Shown here piece by piece: positions 19,592 through 29,579 of a DNA stretch of 64,000 nucleotides (within the stretch, counting starts at the first letter, position 1; every line of letters starts with the position of its first letter). The position numbers were made by a program, and so were the translations under genes. A model generated the notes under the pieces. That model was not told the origin of the DNA and ran no database searches. It was given only the letters and a program-made list of their open reading frames with translations. The stretch comes from an uncultured Acidobacteriota bacterium (GTDB taxonomy: Bacteria > Acidobacteriota > Polarisedimenticolia > Polarisedimenticolales > DASRJG01): assembly GCA_964511835.1 (NCBI GenBank), contig CAZEII010000012.1, positions 17,569 through 81,568 on the forward strand. Reading direction: 5' to 3'.

Positions 19592-20629
19592 ATGATGGAG
19601 ATCGGCATCGACAGCTTCGCGGCGGCATTCGACGAGTCGAGCCGCGCGGTCAACACGTCGGAGCGTCTGCGGAACGTCGTGGAGCAGATCGAGCGCGCCG
19701 ACCAGGCGGGCTTGGACGTCTTCGGTATCGGAGAGCACCATCGCCGCGACTTCCTCGATTCGGCTCCCTCGGTGATTCTCGGAGCGGCGGCCTCACGGAC
19801 GGACCGGATACGTCTCACGAGCGCCGTGACCGTGCTCAGCGCGGACGACCCGGTGCGGGTGTTCCAGCAGTTCGCGACGCTCGACCTGCTGTCCGAGGGG
19901 CGGGCGGAGCTGGTCGTCGGCCGCGGCTCGTTCATCGACGCGTTTCCGCTCTTCGGGCACCGGCTCGAAGACTACGATGCTCTGTTCGCCGAGAAGCTCG
20001 ACTTGCTCCTCAAGATCCGCGAGAACGAGATCGTTCGCTGGTCGGGCAAGCACAGGCCGGCGCTGACCGGCCAAGGCGTCTACCCGAGGCCGGTGCAGAA
20101 TCCCCTGCCGGTCTGGCTCGGAGTCGGGGGCACCCCGCAATCGTTCGCGCGCGCCGGGGCGCTCGGGCTTCCCTTGATGGTCGCGATCATCGGCGGCGAG
20201 CCGCGGCGCTTCCGGCCGCTCGTCGATCTCTATCGCGAGACCGGCGCTGCGTCAGGATACGCCGACGGCCGGTTGAAGGTCGGCATGCACGCGCTCGGAT
20301 ACGTCGCCGCGACGACCCAGGAGGCCGCCGACGATTTCTATCCGGGCTACGCGCGCGCCTTCACCGATGTCGGGAAGGAGCGAGGCTGGCCGCCCATGAC
20401 ACGGGCCAGCTTCGACGCACAGCGCGGGCCGCTGGGCGCCCTGCTCGTGGGCGAGCCCGACGAAGTGGTCGAGAAGATCCTCCGGCACAGCGACGCGCTC
20501 GGCGGACTCTCGCGCATCACCTTTCAGATGAACGCGGCGTCCCTGCCTCACGCCAAGCTCATGGAGGCCATCACGATGCTCGGGGAGCGCGTCGCGCCCC
20601 TGCTTCGGAAGCACTTCACGAAAGGTTGA
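19592..20629 (+). CDS. LLM-class flavin-dependent oxidoreductase
   Basis: GIGEHHR, RLTSAVTVLSADDPVRVFQQFATLDLLS, GRGSF, WLGVGGTPQS. Confidence 0.93.
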   Translation: MMEIGIDSFAAAFDESSRAVNTSERLRNVVEQIERADQAGLDVFGIGEHHRRDFLDSAPSVILGAAASRTDRIRLTSAVTVLSADDPVRVFQQFATLDLLSEGRAELVVGRGSFIDAFPLFGHRLEDYDALFAEKLDLLLKIRENEIVRWSGKHRPALTGQGVYPRPVQNPLPVWLGVGGTPQSFARAGALGLPLMVAIIGGEPRRFRPLVDLYRETGAASGYADGRLKVGMHALGYVAATTQEAADDFYPGYARAFTDVGKERGWPPMTRASFDAQRGPLGALLVGEPDEVVEKILRHSDALGGLSRITFQMNAASLPHAKLMEAITMLGERVAPLLRKHFTKG

Positions 20630-20721
20630 GCTTACGGGCAACTCCCCGAGCCGTTCTGAATCCGCGCGGTGAGCTGCGTCCCGGAGCGCTCGAATCCAGC
20701 CGGACCCTCTGGAACCGTCGC

Positions 20722-21510
20722 TCATCGCACGAACGTCAGCACGACCTCGAGGCAGATCAGCGCGACGATGGCCGCCTCGAGCAGCACGAGGCGGCGGTCG
20801 CGCGCGACACCCAGCAAGAGCTCCAAGGCGTCCTGAACGGCGCGCAGCTTGCTCTCGAGCGCGCTGAACCGGTCGCCCAGATCGAACTCCGCGCGCAGGT
20901 CGTCATAGATGCGATCCATGGCGGGGTCGTCCCATGTGGCATCGGGCTTGTCGAGCAGGTGAAGCGTCGAGAGCACCTCGCTGCGTCGTCCCACGGCCTC
21001 TCCGATGAATCGATGGAGCGGCCGCGTCCGCAACGGAACGATCCCGCGCTGCTCGAGTTGATCGAGGAGCCGACGCGTCCTCCCGAACAGACCCTCCACG
21101 ATGCGCTCGTAGGTCTCCATCGCCGCGCTCTGCGCGACGATCAGCGCGACGACAGCCGCCCGCGTCGTTCCGAGCCGGTCGACGACCAGCCGGCCCTGGG
21201 TCATGCCGACGCGGGATCCGAGCGATTCGAGGACCGTGAACTCTTCGCGAACGACGTCGGGAACGAGGCGCGGATGCTGCTCGCGCAGCTTGTTCAGCAC
21301 GATCTCCCGCGCCCCTGGCAGGACGTCGTGGAACACGACCGCGCCGAATGGGAACGCAAAGACTTCCCCTCCGTCCGGAAGGACGGCGTGGAGCTCGTGA
21401 GCGGTGACGCGGGGGCTCGGCAGGAGAGGCGTCAGCCAATCCAAGGCAAGATCGTCGACGAAGGCCACGGCGACGAAGACGTGCGTCGTTGCTTCCTCGG
21501 TCTGGGACAT
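20722..21510 (-). CDS. RMD1/YagE (DUF155) family protein
   Basis: FAFPFGAVVF, IVAQSAAME, LLDKPDATW, RFSALESKL, C-terminal LEAAIVALI TM. Confidence 0.87.
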   Translation of the reverse strand: MSQTEEATTHVFVAVAFVDDLALDWLTPLLPSPRVTAHELHAVLPDGGEVFAFPFGAVVFHDVLPGAREIVLNKLREQHPRLVPDVVREEFTVLESLGSRVGMTQGRLVVDRLGTTRAAVVALIVAQSAAMETYERIVEGLFGRTRRLLDQLEQRGIVPLRTRPLHRFIGEAVGRRSEVLSTLHLLDKPDATWDDPAMDRIYDDLRAEFDLGDRFSALESKLRAVQDALELLLGVARDRRLVLLEAAIVALICLEVVLTFVR

Positions 21511-21565
21511 CACGCGTCCGGCTTACGTTGCATAATGACGGTCACCTGGACTCACGGAGGTCGTC

Positions 21566-21802
21566 ATGAAAGACGCACGTTTCCACATCGTCGTCGCGGG
21601 AGCAGCGCTTCTCACGTCCGTTGCCGGGGCAGCAGTCTACATGCTTCTTGCTGGTGAGCGCGGCGGGCTCAAGCTCCTGGGATGGTCGATCATGCTGATC
21701 GTCACAAGTTATCCGGCGCTTTTGATCGCCGTGCGGTCTCGGTCAGAGGATCCCTGCACCAGGTGGCTGAGACGGATTGCCACCGGCCGTGGGCTGGTGT
21801 GA
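21566..21802 (+). CDS. Small two-TM hypothetical protein
   Basis: GGAGG RBS, ATG, two hydrophobic segments; overlaps the 3' end of the opposite sigma gene by 60 bp. Confidence 0.5.
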   Translation: MKDARFHIVVAGAALLTSVAGAAVYMLLAGERGGLKLLGWSIMLIVTSYPALLIAVRSRSEDPCTRWLRRIATGRGLV

Positions 21803-23050
21803 AAGTTTGCACGCCTCGATGCGATGCCGGAGGAAACGCTCTTCCGTGGGATTTCGCGCGAGAGCGAGCGCGCTCTCGTAAGCCCCGCGGGCTTTGTCGA
21901 GCGCTCCGAGCCGGCGATTGAATTCCGCGATCGCCATGAAATAGAACGGGTATCCGTCGAGCCGATCTCGGTTCTCGATCCGAGCCAGCTCTTCGAGGCC
22001 GCGGGCCGGTCCGTCGCGTTCCGCGATCGCGACCGCGCGACCGAGCGACGCAACAGGCGACGGTTGAATGCGCAACAGAGTGTCGTAGAGAGAGACGATG
22101 GCGTCCCAATTCGTCTCCTCGACGGTTCGCGCGTCCGCGTGGAGGCTCGCGATCGCCGCCTCCACGTGGTACGCGGACAGCTCCCCGCCGGCCGCCGAGA
22201 GATCCATTAACCGGTGGCCTTCGGCGATCAAGGTGCTGTCCCAGAGGCAGCGATCTTGGTCGGCGAGAAGGACGAGGTCCCCTACCCCGTCGAGCCGCGC
22301 GGGCAGCCGCGCGGCGTCGAAGCTCAGGAGAGCGGCCAAGGCGTACGTCGAGGGGGTTGCGGTCAGCGCGTTCTCGAGGAGGAGCGAGACCAGGCGCCGC
22401 GCCTCGTCGCACAACTCCCCGCGCACGGCGTTCTCCGGCGATGCGCCGTGGTATCCCTCGTTGAACAACAGGTACAACGCGCGCTGGACCGCGGGGAGGC
22501 GCGCCGCGATGTCGGCCGAGCCGCTCAGGCTGAACAGCTCCTTCGACTCCGCGAGCGTCTTCTTGGCACGAACGAGCCGCTTCTCCGTCGCCGCCGGATT
22601 CTTCAGGAAGGCCGCGGCCGTCTCGTCCATGCCGAAGCCGCACAGCAGGTGAAGTATCAGTGCGAGCTGCGTCTCCTCCGGCAGGCGAGGATGGACGCAC
22701 GAGAACATCATCCGAAGCTGCCGGTCGTTGATGCCGCCGGCGTCGAACGCATCGTCGACGGCCGGCGCGAGCGTCCACTCGGATTCGAGGTGCCGCGCGA
22801 CCTCGGGTGAGAACTTGCGGGCCGTCGCCTCCCGCCGCATCACGTCGAGGGCTCGATTCTTCGCGGTCGTCATCAGCCACGCGGCGGGGTCTTGGGGGGG
22901 ACCGTGGAACTTCCACGTCTCCAGCGCCTGGCAGAAGGCGTCCTGAACGACGTCTTCCGCCAGGGCCAGATTGTGCATGCCGAACAGGCCGGTGAGGATC
23001 GCGACCAAGCGGCTCGACTCTCTGCGGAACAGGTGGTCTTCGAGATCCAC
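21743..23050 (-). CDS. ECF sigma factor with C-terminal TPR extension (ECF42-like, DUF6596)
   Basis: AEDVVQDAF, WLMTTAKNRALD, LRMMFSCVHPRL, YLLFNEGY; GTG start overlaps the YciI stop. Confidence 0.9.
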   Translation of the reverse strand: MDLEDHLFRRESSRLVAILTGLFGMHNLALAEDVVQDAFCQALETWKFHGPPQDPAAWLMTTAKNRALDVMRREATARKFSPEVARHLESEWTLAPAVDDAFDAGGINDRQLRMMFSCVHPRLPEETQLALILHLLCGFGMDETAAAFLKNPAATEKRLVRAKKTLAESKELFSLSGSADIAARLPAVQRALYLLFNEGYHGASPENAVRGELCDEARRLVSLLLENALTATPSTYALAALLSFDAARLPARLDGVGDLVLLADQDRCLWDSTLIAEGHRLMDLSAAGGELSAYHVEAAIASLHADARTVEETNWDAIVSLYDTLLRIQPSPVASLGRAVAIAERDGPARGLEELARIENRDRLDGYPFYFMAIAEFNRRLGALDKARGAYESALALARNPTEERFLRHRIEACKLSHQPTAGGNPSQPPGAGIL

Positions 23051-23406
23051 TAGAGGTTCATCTGCATCACGGGCCGCACTTCGACCGATCCTCCGCCTTC
23101 GAGGATCGGGCACCCGGAAGCGAGCTTCGCCGCCTGGTCCGAATCCTTGGCCTCGACGATCGAGAAGCCGCCGACGACGTCCTTGGTTTCGGCGTAGGGC
23201 CCGTCGGTGACCGTCTTCTCCCGACCCTTGACGACCTTCCCGACGCGCTCGAGCGGCTGACCGAGACTCTTGAGATGGCCCTTCTGGGCCAAATCGTCGA
23301 ACCAGGCCCGCCACTTCTTCATGGATTGCTGCGCCTGTTCGGGCGACCCCATGGCCGCCTTGTGCTGCTCCGGAGTGTTGCGGTACAGGAAAATGTATTC
23401 GCTCAC
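23050..23406 (-). CDS. YciI/DGPF family protein
   Basis: TVTDGPYAETKDVVGGFSIV, GSVEVRP. Confidence 0.92.
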   Translation of the reverse strand: MSEYIFLYRNTPEQHKAAMGSPEQAQQSMKKWRAWFDDLAQKGHLKSLGQPLERVGKVVKGREKTVTDGPYAETKDVVGGFSIVEAKDSDQAAKLASGCPILEGGGSVEVRPVMQMNL

Positions 23407-23634
23407 GGCAAGCCTCCTTTTCTGGGACGTTCAGCTCATGAACGTTTGGAGGGCTTCCGAACGGACACCTCCCGAACAAGTTCGAGAAGGATTGTCATCC
23501 CGGACGGTCGCCGCCCGCCAGGATCAAGGGGAATCGCTAGACGCCGAGTCGTGGGAGCTCCTGGTGCGCCATGCGGCGAAAAGCCTAGCAGAGCGCGGCG
23601 TTGCAACTCGGGATCGGCCCTAGGATAGTGGCAC

Positions 23635-25293
23635 GTGATGACGGGCGAGGGCCGATCCACTTGGAGTCCGCTGGCGCACTCTGTGTTCCGAGCCCTCTGG
23701 ATCGCGTCGGCGGCCTCGTACCTCGGCTCCTTCATGGCGGACGTGGCGCAAGGCTGGCTCATGTCGTCGCTCACGCCGTCCCCGCTCATCGTGTCTTTGT
23801 TGCTGACGGCTGAGAGCCTGCCGTTCTTCTTGCTCGGACTCCCCGCGGGCGCACTCGCGGACATCGTCGATCGTCGCAGGCTCTTGGTCGTCACGCAGCT
23901 CGCCATGGCCGTTGCGGTGGGCACCCTTGCGATCGTGACGCTCACGGGGGTCGTGACGCCGTGGATGCTTCTCGTGCTGGCGTTCGCGCTCGGGATCGCA
24001 ACCGCCCTCAACGACCCGGCCTGGTTCGCGATCGTGCCGGAGCTCCTGCCGAGCGACGAGCTCGCGGCGGGCGTCACTCTGAGCGGCGTCGGCGTCAACA
24101 TCGCCCGAGCTCTGGGCCCCGCTCTCGGTGGATTCGTGGTCGCGGCGGCGGGGCCGGGCGCCGTGTTCGTGCTCGACGCCCTGTCGTTTCTCGGAGTCGT
24201 CGCGGTTCTCCTGACGTGGCGGCGAGAGCGATCGATCTCCGTTCTTCCCGCCGAGCGCATTTTCGGCGCCATACGCGCGGGCTTGCGCTTCGCTCGATAC
24301 TCGGACGCGCTGCGCCGTGTGCTCCTCGGAACGTTCCTCTTCATGGTCTGCGGCGGGGGGATCATGGGGCTGATGCCGGTTCTGGGGCGAGAGACCGGGC
24401 ACGGCGCGATCGCTTTCGGACTGCTCCTCGGGTCGCTCGGTCTCGGTGCCGTCACCGGGGCCGCGCTCTTGCCGCGCGTCCGCTCTCGTGTCAGGCCCGA
24501 CGCGCTGATCGCTGCCGGCTCCCTGGTGTTCGCGGGCGTCGCGACGGGCGCCGCGATGTCGCGCGAGCTCGCCATCCTCTGTCCGATCATGCTTCTCGGC
24601 GGCGTCGCCTGGATCTCCGTGCTCTCGACCCTGACCCTCGGGGCCCAACAGGCGAGCCCGCCGTGGGTGCGAGCGCGCGCGCTCGCCGTCTACTTGATCG
24701 TTTTTCAGGCCGGGATCGCCGGAGGAAGCGCGCTGTGGGGCTGGGTCGCGACACGCGGCGGACTGAACGCCGCGTACTTCGGCATCGGTCTCGGGCTGCT
24801 GCTCGGGGCGGCGATGGCCGTACGGCTGAGGGCGGTGGCAGCCGAAGCCGTCGATCACTCCCCCGCACGACATTGGGCCGACCCGGTGGTGACGGGGGAG
24901 CCTTCGCTCGAAGCGGGACCGATCATGGTGCAGGTGGAGTACGGCGTCGATCCAACGTGCGTGGATTCTTTCAGGATCGCCATGGCCGATCTCGGCCGCA
25001 GCCGCCGGCGCGATGGCGCGATTGAATGGTGGCTGTTCCAGGACACGTCGGACGCGTCGCGCTTCGTCGAGACCTGGATCGAGGAGACGTGGGCGGATCA
25101 CCTGCGGAATCACGAGCGCGTTTCGGTCGCGCACAAGGCCCTGGAGCAGAGGGTGTGGGATCTGACACAACGCGGTGCCACGACCACGACCCGGCACTTC
25201 ATCGCGCCGCACGACCGGCGATCGGCAGCCGCAGCCGTGCGCGCCGTCGAAGAGCGGGCCGGTTGCTGGGCCCCGGACGGCACGCTGGAGTAG
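23635..25293 (+). CDS. MFS transporter (MFS_3/DUF894 type) with soluble C-terminal domain
   Basis: About 12 TMs, GALADIVDRRRLL motif A, tail RRRDGAIEWWLFQD..FVETW..WADHLRNHER. Confidence 0.9.
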   Translation: MMTGEGRSTWSPLAHSVFRALWIASAASYLGSFMADVAQGWLMSSLTPSPLIVSLLLTAESLPFFLLGLPAGALADIVDRRRLLVVTQLAMAVAVGTLAIVTLTGVVTPWMLLVLAFALGIATALNDPAWFAIVPELLPSDELAAGVTLSGVGVNIARALGPALGGFVVAAAGPGAVFVLDALSFLGVVAVLLTWRRERSISVLPAERIFGAIRAGLRFARYSDALRRVLLGTFLFMVCGGGIMGLMPVLGRETGHGAIAFGLLLGSLGLGAVTGAALLPRVRSRVRPDALIAAGSLVFAGVATGAAMSRELAILCPIMLLGGVAWISVLSTLTLGAQQASPPWVRARALAVYLIVFQAGIAGGSALWGWVATRGGLNAAYFGIGLGLLLGAAMAVRLRAVAAEAVDHSPARHWADPVVTGEPSLEAGPIMVQVEYGVDPTCVDSFRIAMADLGRSRRRDGAIEWWLFQDTSDASRFVETWIEETWADHLRNHERVSVAHKALEQRVWDLTQRGATTTTRHFIAPHDRRSAAAAVRAVEERAGCWAPDGTLE

Positions 25294-25371
25294 GGGTCCG
25301 GGGCGAGTCGGCCGTCCGGCACGAAACTTTGTATGATGCCCGTGGTTTCCAATCAGGCACGGGTTAGCACG

Positions 25372-26604
25372 ATGCACGACCTCGAATCGATCTCGGCCGA
25401 ACCGAGCGCCGCCCGGGCGCGCATGGAGCGCGCGCGCGGGCTGTCCGATCGACTGTTCGCGCAGGTGCGTCCCGAGGCCTGGCTCGACCGCCCCATCCCC
25501 GAACGCAATCGTCTTATCTTCTATCTCGGCCACCTCGAGGCGTTCGACTGGAACCTGATCGGGAGCGCCGTCACGGGACGGGCCGTCGACGAAGCACTCG
25601 ATCCGCTGTTCGCGTTCGGAATCGATCCTCCCCCGGGGGAGCTGCCGCAGGACGAGCCAAGCGATTGGCCCTCGCCGACTCAGGTGCGCGACTACGTGCG
25701 CTCCGCTCGGGCCCGCCTGGACGGAATCCTCGAGCACGCGGCCGACGCGGCGACCGACATGGCGGTCGAGCACCGCCTCATGCACGTCGAGACCCTGACC
25801 TACCTGCTGCACGCGCTCCCTTATGAACGGCGCATCGTGGCGCCCGTCCGACCGGCTCCCCAGCGCCGCGTGCCCGAGCGATCGCGGGTCGAGATCCCCG
25901 CGGGGACCGCGACTCTGGGGATGACGCGCGGCGCGAGATTCGGCTGGGACAACGAATTCGATGAGCACCAAGTCTGGGTCGAGCCGTTCGCCGTCGACGC
26001 GCACAAGGTCACCAACGCGCGCTACCTCGAGTTCGTCGAGCGCGGCGGCGGGGAGCCTTCCCCGTTCTGGATGCGCGACAAGGACGAGTGGCGCTGGCGC
26101 GGGTTCGACGCCTCGGTCCCGCTGCCTCTCGATCATCCGGTGTACGCGACCTGGGAACAGGCCGACGCGTTTGCCCGGTGGGCGGGCGGTACGCTTCCGA
26201 CCGAAGCGCAGTTCCACCGCTACGCCTACGGCACGCCGGCGGGGCGCGAGCGCGCTTTTCCTTGGGGTGGCGCGCCGCTCTCGCGCGAGCGCGGTAACTT
26301 CGACTTCGTCGAGCGCGACACGGTCGCGGTCGGCGCAGACGGTGCGGGCAACAGCGCGTTCGGCGTCGCGCAGGCGGTGGGGAACGGATGGGAGTGGACG
26401 CGGACGCCGTTCGCGCCGTTCCCGGGGTTTGCGTCGGACCCTTCGTACCCCGGCTACTCCGCGAGTTTCTTCGACGCGCGGCACTTCGTTCTGAAGGGCG
26501 CGTCGTGCGCGACCGGTCGCGCGCTCGTTCGGCGCTCGTTCCGCAACTGGTTCCGCCCGCACTATCGCCACGCGTACACCACCTTCCGCGTGGTCGAGGG
26601 TTGA
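25372..26604 (+). CDS. DinB + FGE-sulfatase non-heme iron sulfoxide synthase (EgtB/OvoA family)
   Basis: RNRLIFYLGHLEAFD, EHRLMHVET, PTEAQF, GNGWEWT, FVLKGASCAT, SFRNWF; alternative start 25333. Confidence 0.88.
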   Translation: MHDLESISAEPSAARARMERARGLSDRLFAQVRPEAWLDRPIPERNRLIFYLGHLEAFDWNLIGSAVTGRAVDEALDPLFAFGIDPPPGELPQDEPSDWPSPTQVRDYVRSARARLDGILEHAADAATDMAVEHRLMHVETLTYLLHALPYERRIVAPVRPAPQRRVPERSRVEIPAGTATLGMTRGARFGWDNEFDEHQVWVEPFAVDAHKVTNARYLEFVERGGGEPSPFWMRDKDEWRWRGFDASVPLPLDHPVYATWEQADAFARWAGGTLPTEAQFHRYAYGTPAGRERAFPWGGAPLSRERGNFDFVERDTVAVGADGAGNSAFGVAQAVGNGWEWTRTPFAPFPGFASDPSYPGYSASFFDARHFVLKGASCATGRALVRRSFRNWFRPHYRHAYTTFRVVEG

Positions 26605-26605
26605 G

Positions 26606-27637
26606 GTGCGTGCGCCTCGTCCCGAAACGATCCTTCGCGCCGTGCGGCCGCCGCGCGCGAGCGTGGTGCCGCGCGAGGCGACGCTGGATTTCGCCGCCGA
26701 CGTGCGCTCGGGGCTCGGCCGCGCGCAAAAGTCGCTCCCATCGAAGTACCTCTACGACCCCCTGGGAGCGGCGCTTTTCGATGCGATCACGGAGCTACCG
26801 GAGTACGGTCTGACGCGGGCCGAGGAGCGCATCCTCGGCCGGCACGCGCACGACATCGCCCGTCGGCTTCCGCACGGCGTCGCGGTCGCGGAGCTCGGGG
26901 CCGGGAGCGGGCGCAAGACGATCCCCGTGCTCCATGCGATCCTCGCGTGCCAGCCGGGGGTCTCGTACACGACGATCGACGTCTCGGCCGCCGCGCAAGA
27001 GCGCTGTGCCCGCGAAATCGGCGGGCGGCCAGGGGTCCGCTTCCGCGCCATCGAGGCCCCGTATCTCGAGGGCCTCGCGCGCTTCGACGTCCTCCGTCCG
27101 CAGCGCGCTCCCCTGCTCGTGATCTTCCTCGGCAGCTCGATCGGCAACTTCGACGCCCGCGAGCAGCATGCGTTCCTGGCGGGCGTGCGCGCGCTCTTGA
27201 GTCCGGGGGACATGTGCTTCATCGGATTCGATCTCGTGAAGCCCGTCGCGCGTGTTCTGGCCGCCTATGACGATTCCCTCGGAGTCACGGCGGCCTTCAA
27301 TCTCAACCTATTGTCGCGGATCAACCGCGAGCTCTCGGCCGACTTCGATCTCGGCGCCTTCCGTCACGAAGCGCGATGGTTCGAGCCCGAGAAACGGATC
27401 GAGATGCACCTGCGCGCGCTGCGCGCCCAGACGGTGCACGTTCCCGGTGCCGGGTGCCGCGTCAGCCTCGCCGAAGGCGAGACGATCTGGACCGAGTCCT
27501 CCCACAAGTTCGAGCCGGCGCAACTCCCTGAGCTTGCCGCGTCCGCCGGATTCGTGGAGGCCGCCCGCTGGGTCGACGAGACGTGGCCCTTCGCGGACTC
27601 GCTCTGGCTCGCCGGACGCCCCGACGGTCGAGCGTGA
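26606..27637 (+). CDS. egtD: L-histidine N-alpha-trimethyltransferase
   Basis: KSLPSKYLYD, PEYGLTRAE, ELGAGSGRKT, FLGSSIGNF, YDDSLGVTAAFNLNLL, IWTESSHKF. Confidence 0.95.
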   Translation: MRAPRPETILRAVRPPRASVVPREATLDFAADVRSGLGRAQKSLPSKYLYDPLGAALFDAITELPEYGLTRAEERILGRHAHDIARRLPHGVAVAELGAGSGRKTIPVLHAILACQPGVSYTTIDVSAAAQERCAREIGGRPGVRFRAIEAPYLEGLARFDVLRPQRAPLLVIFLGSSIGNFDAREQHAFLAGVRALLSPGDMCFIGFDLVKPVARVLAAYDDSLGVTAAFNLNLLSRINRELSADFDLGAFRHEARWFEPEKRIEMHLRALRAQTVHVPGAGCRVSLAEGETIWTESSHKFEPAQLPELAASAGFVEAARWVDETWPFADSLWLAGRPDGRA

Positions 27638-27653
27638 GAAAGGGAGAACGGCG

Positions 27654-27923
27654 ATGTCCGAACGAACCTGCGCCCACATCGAAGCGATCGCCGAGCCCCT
27701 CCACCCGAAGCGCCGCGAGTGCGAGGAGTGCGTCAAGATCGGGGCACGCTGGGTCCACCTGCGGACCTGCCAGGACTGCGGGGGAACGCGCTGCTGCGAC
27801 GACTCCCCCAACCGGCACGCCAGCAAGCACGCGCACACGAGCGGCCACGCCGTGATCGCTTCGGCTGAGCCCGGAGAGCGCTGGCTCTACTGCTATCCCG
27901 ACGATGCTTTTGCCGAGTACTGA
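27654..27923 (+). CDS. UBP-type zinc finger protein
   Basis: CAH, CEEC, WVHLRTCQDCGGTRCCDDSPNRHASKH, WLYCYPD. Confidence 0.92.
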   Translation: MSERTCAHIEAIAEPLHPKRRECEECVKIGARWVHLRTCQDCGGTRCCDDSPNRHASKHAHTSGHAVIASAEPGERWLYCYPDDAFAEY

Positions 27924-27947
27924 AAGTTGCAGGCGAAGGAGGCGAGC

Positions 27948-29579
27948 ATGAGCGGATCGACGACCGACGTTGCCTTCCCCACGCTGAGCGAGCAGGAGCT
28001 GAGCTGCGCAGCCACGATCGGCGCACCGCGCCGCTTCCACGACGGGGAGGTGCTCATCGCACTCGGCGCTCGAGATTACCCGATGTTCGTCGTGCGCTCG
28101 GGGTCGATTGCGATTCTCGCGAGCCGTTCCGGCGAGCCCCAGGAGGTCGTCGTCCACGGGCCTGGAAAGTTCACCGGCGATGTGGACTTGCTGACCCGCC
28201 GCCCCTCGCTGACCTCGGCCGTCGCACGAGGAGATTGCGAGGTCCTCGAGGTCGAGGCGGCGCGCATCCGCCAGCTCTTGAACGAGGTTCCCGACCTGAG
28301 CAACAAGCTGCTGGAAGCCTTCCAAGCGCGGCGCGAGCTGCTCGAGCGCGGCGATTTGATCGGAATCCGCGTGCTCGGCGAGAGCGATTCCAGGGAGACC
28401 CTGGAGCTGCGCGAGTTCTGCTACAAGAACAAAGTCCCGCACACGTTCCTCGACATCGAAGAAGACCGCGGCCGCGCCGCGCTCGACGAGCTGGGCCTCA
28501 GCTCCGCGGATGCCCCGATCATCGCGTGCAGCAAGCACGTCGTCTCGCGCCCGTCGCTGATCCGGTTCGCGGAAGCTCTGGGCATCTCGCGCGAGATCCC
28601 GGACGAGCTCTACGACGCCGTCATCGTCGGCGCCGGACCCGCCGGCCTGGCGGCTGCGGTCTACGCCGGCTCGGAGGGGCTCAAGACCTTGCTGCTCGAC
28701 CGCGTGGGGCCGGGCGGCCAGACCGGGCAGAGCTCCAAGATCGAGAACTACTTGGGGTTTCCGGCGGGGCTCTCCGGCGCCGAGCTCGGAAATCGAGGCT
28801 ACCTACAGGCACTCAAGTTCGGGGTCGAGTTCCGCGCGCCGGTCTCCGTGCTCGGGATCGAGCGTCGGGAGTCGGGCGTTCAAGGCCTCGACTTGTGCAG
28901 CGGCCAGACCGTGCGCTCGCGCACGGTCCTGATCGCCACGGGCGCCTCCTACCGACGGCTCCCGGTCCCGGATTGCGGGCGGTTCGAGGGCGCCGGGCTC
29001 TACTACGCGGCGACCTCGGTCGAGGCGCGGGCGTGCCGCGGAGCGACTGCGATCGTCGTCGGCGGCGGCAACTCTGCCGGCCAGGCCGCGATGTATCTCT
29101 CGCGACAGGCCGCGCAGGTGAAGCTTGTGCTGCGCGGCGACGACCTCGCGAAGAGCATGTCCCACTACCTCTGCCGCCGCATCGAGCTGACGCCCAACGT
29201 CGAAGTTCTACGCAATACCCTGGTGGTTGCGATGCACGGCGCGCGGCACCTGTCGGAGGTCGAGCTGCACGACACCGTCACCGGCGAAAGGCGGCGCCTC
29301 GAGTGCGCCGGGCTCTTCAGCTTCGTCGGCGCGCGCCCCCACACCGAGTGGCTCGACGAGAGCTTCCTGCGGGACGAGCACGGCTTCGTGCAGACGGGCA
29401 GGGCCGTCGCCGCGGACGCTCGCTGGGACGCAGGGCGCGAGCCGTGCGAGCTCGAGACCTCGCGGCCGGGGGTGTTCGCGGCCGGCGACGTGCGCAGTGG
29501 GACGACCAAGCGCTGCGCCTTCGCGGTCGGGGACGGCGCTCTCGGGGTGACCTGCATCCACTGGTACCTGGCGCACTAG
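27948..29579 (+). CDS. cNMP-binding domain + thioredoxin-reductase-like FAD oxidoreductase
   Basis: N-terminal cNMP (FVVRSG..GKFTGD), VGAGPAGL, SSKIENYLGFP, VGGGNSAGQAA, GVFAAGDVRSG. Confidence 0.9.
   Translation: MSGSTTDVAFPTLSEQELSCAATIGAPRRFHDGEVLIALGARDYPMFVVRSGSIAILASRSGEPQEVVVHGPGKFTGDVDLLTRRPSLTSAVARGDCEVLEVEAARIRQLLNEVPDLSNKLLEAFQARRELLERGDLIGIRVLGESDSRETLELREFCYKNKVPHTFLDIEEDRGRAALDELGLSSADAPIIACSKHVVSRPSLIRFAEALGISREIPDELYDAVIVGAGPAGLAAAVYAGSEGLKTLLLDRVGPGGQTGQSSKIENYLGFPAGLSGAELGNRGYLQALKFGVEFRAPVSVLGIERRESGVQGLDLCSGQTVRSRTVLIATGASYRRLPVPDCGRFEGAGLYYAATSVEARACRGATAIVVGGGNSAGQAAMYLSRQAAQVKLVLRGDDLAKSMSHYLCRRIELTPNVEVLRNTLVVAMHGARHLSEVELHDTVTGERRRLECAGLFSFVGARPHTEWLDESFLRDEHGFVQTGRAVAADARWDAGREPCELETSRPGVFAAGDVRSGTTKRCAFAVGDGALGVTCIHWYLAH

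Noticed and set aside
23407-23634. tRNA, riboswitch or ncRNA in the larger intergenic gaps (also 16230-16404, 19440-19591, 47040-47192)
   Set aside because: I could not recognise a cloverleaf or known aptamer motif; an Infernal/Rfam scan would be needed to exclude one.
23620-26571. Long antisense or alternate-frame ORFs (983 aa here; also 39302-41323, 47889-50366, 51711-53591, 58313-61312)
   Set aside because: Arg/Ala/Gly/Pro-rich shadows of real genes, expected in high-GC DNA; no recognisable motifs.
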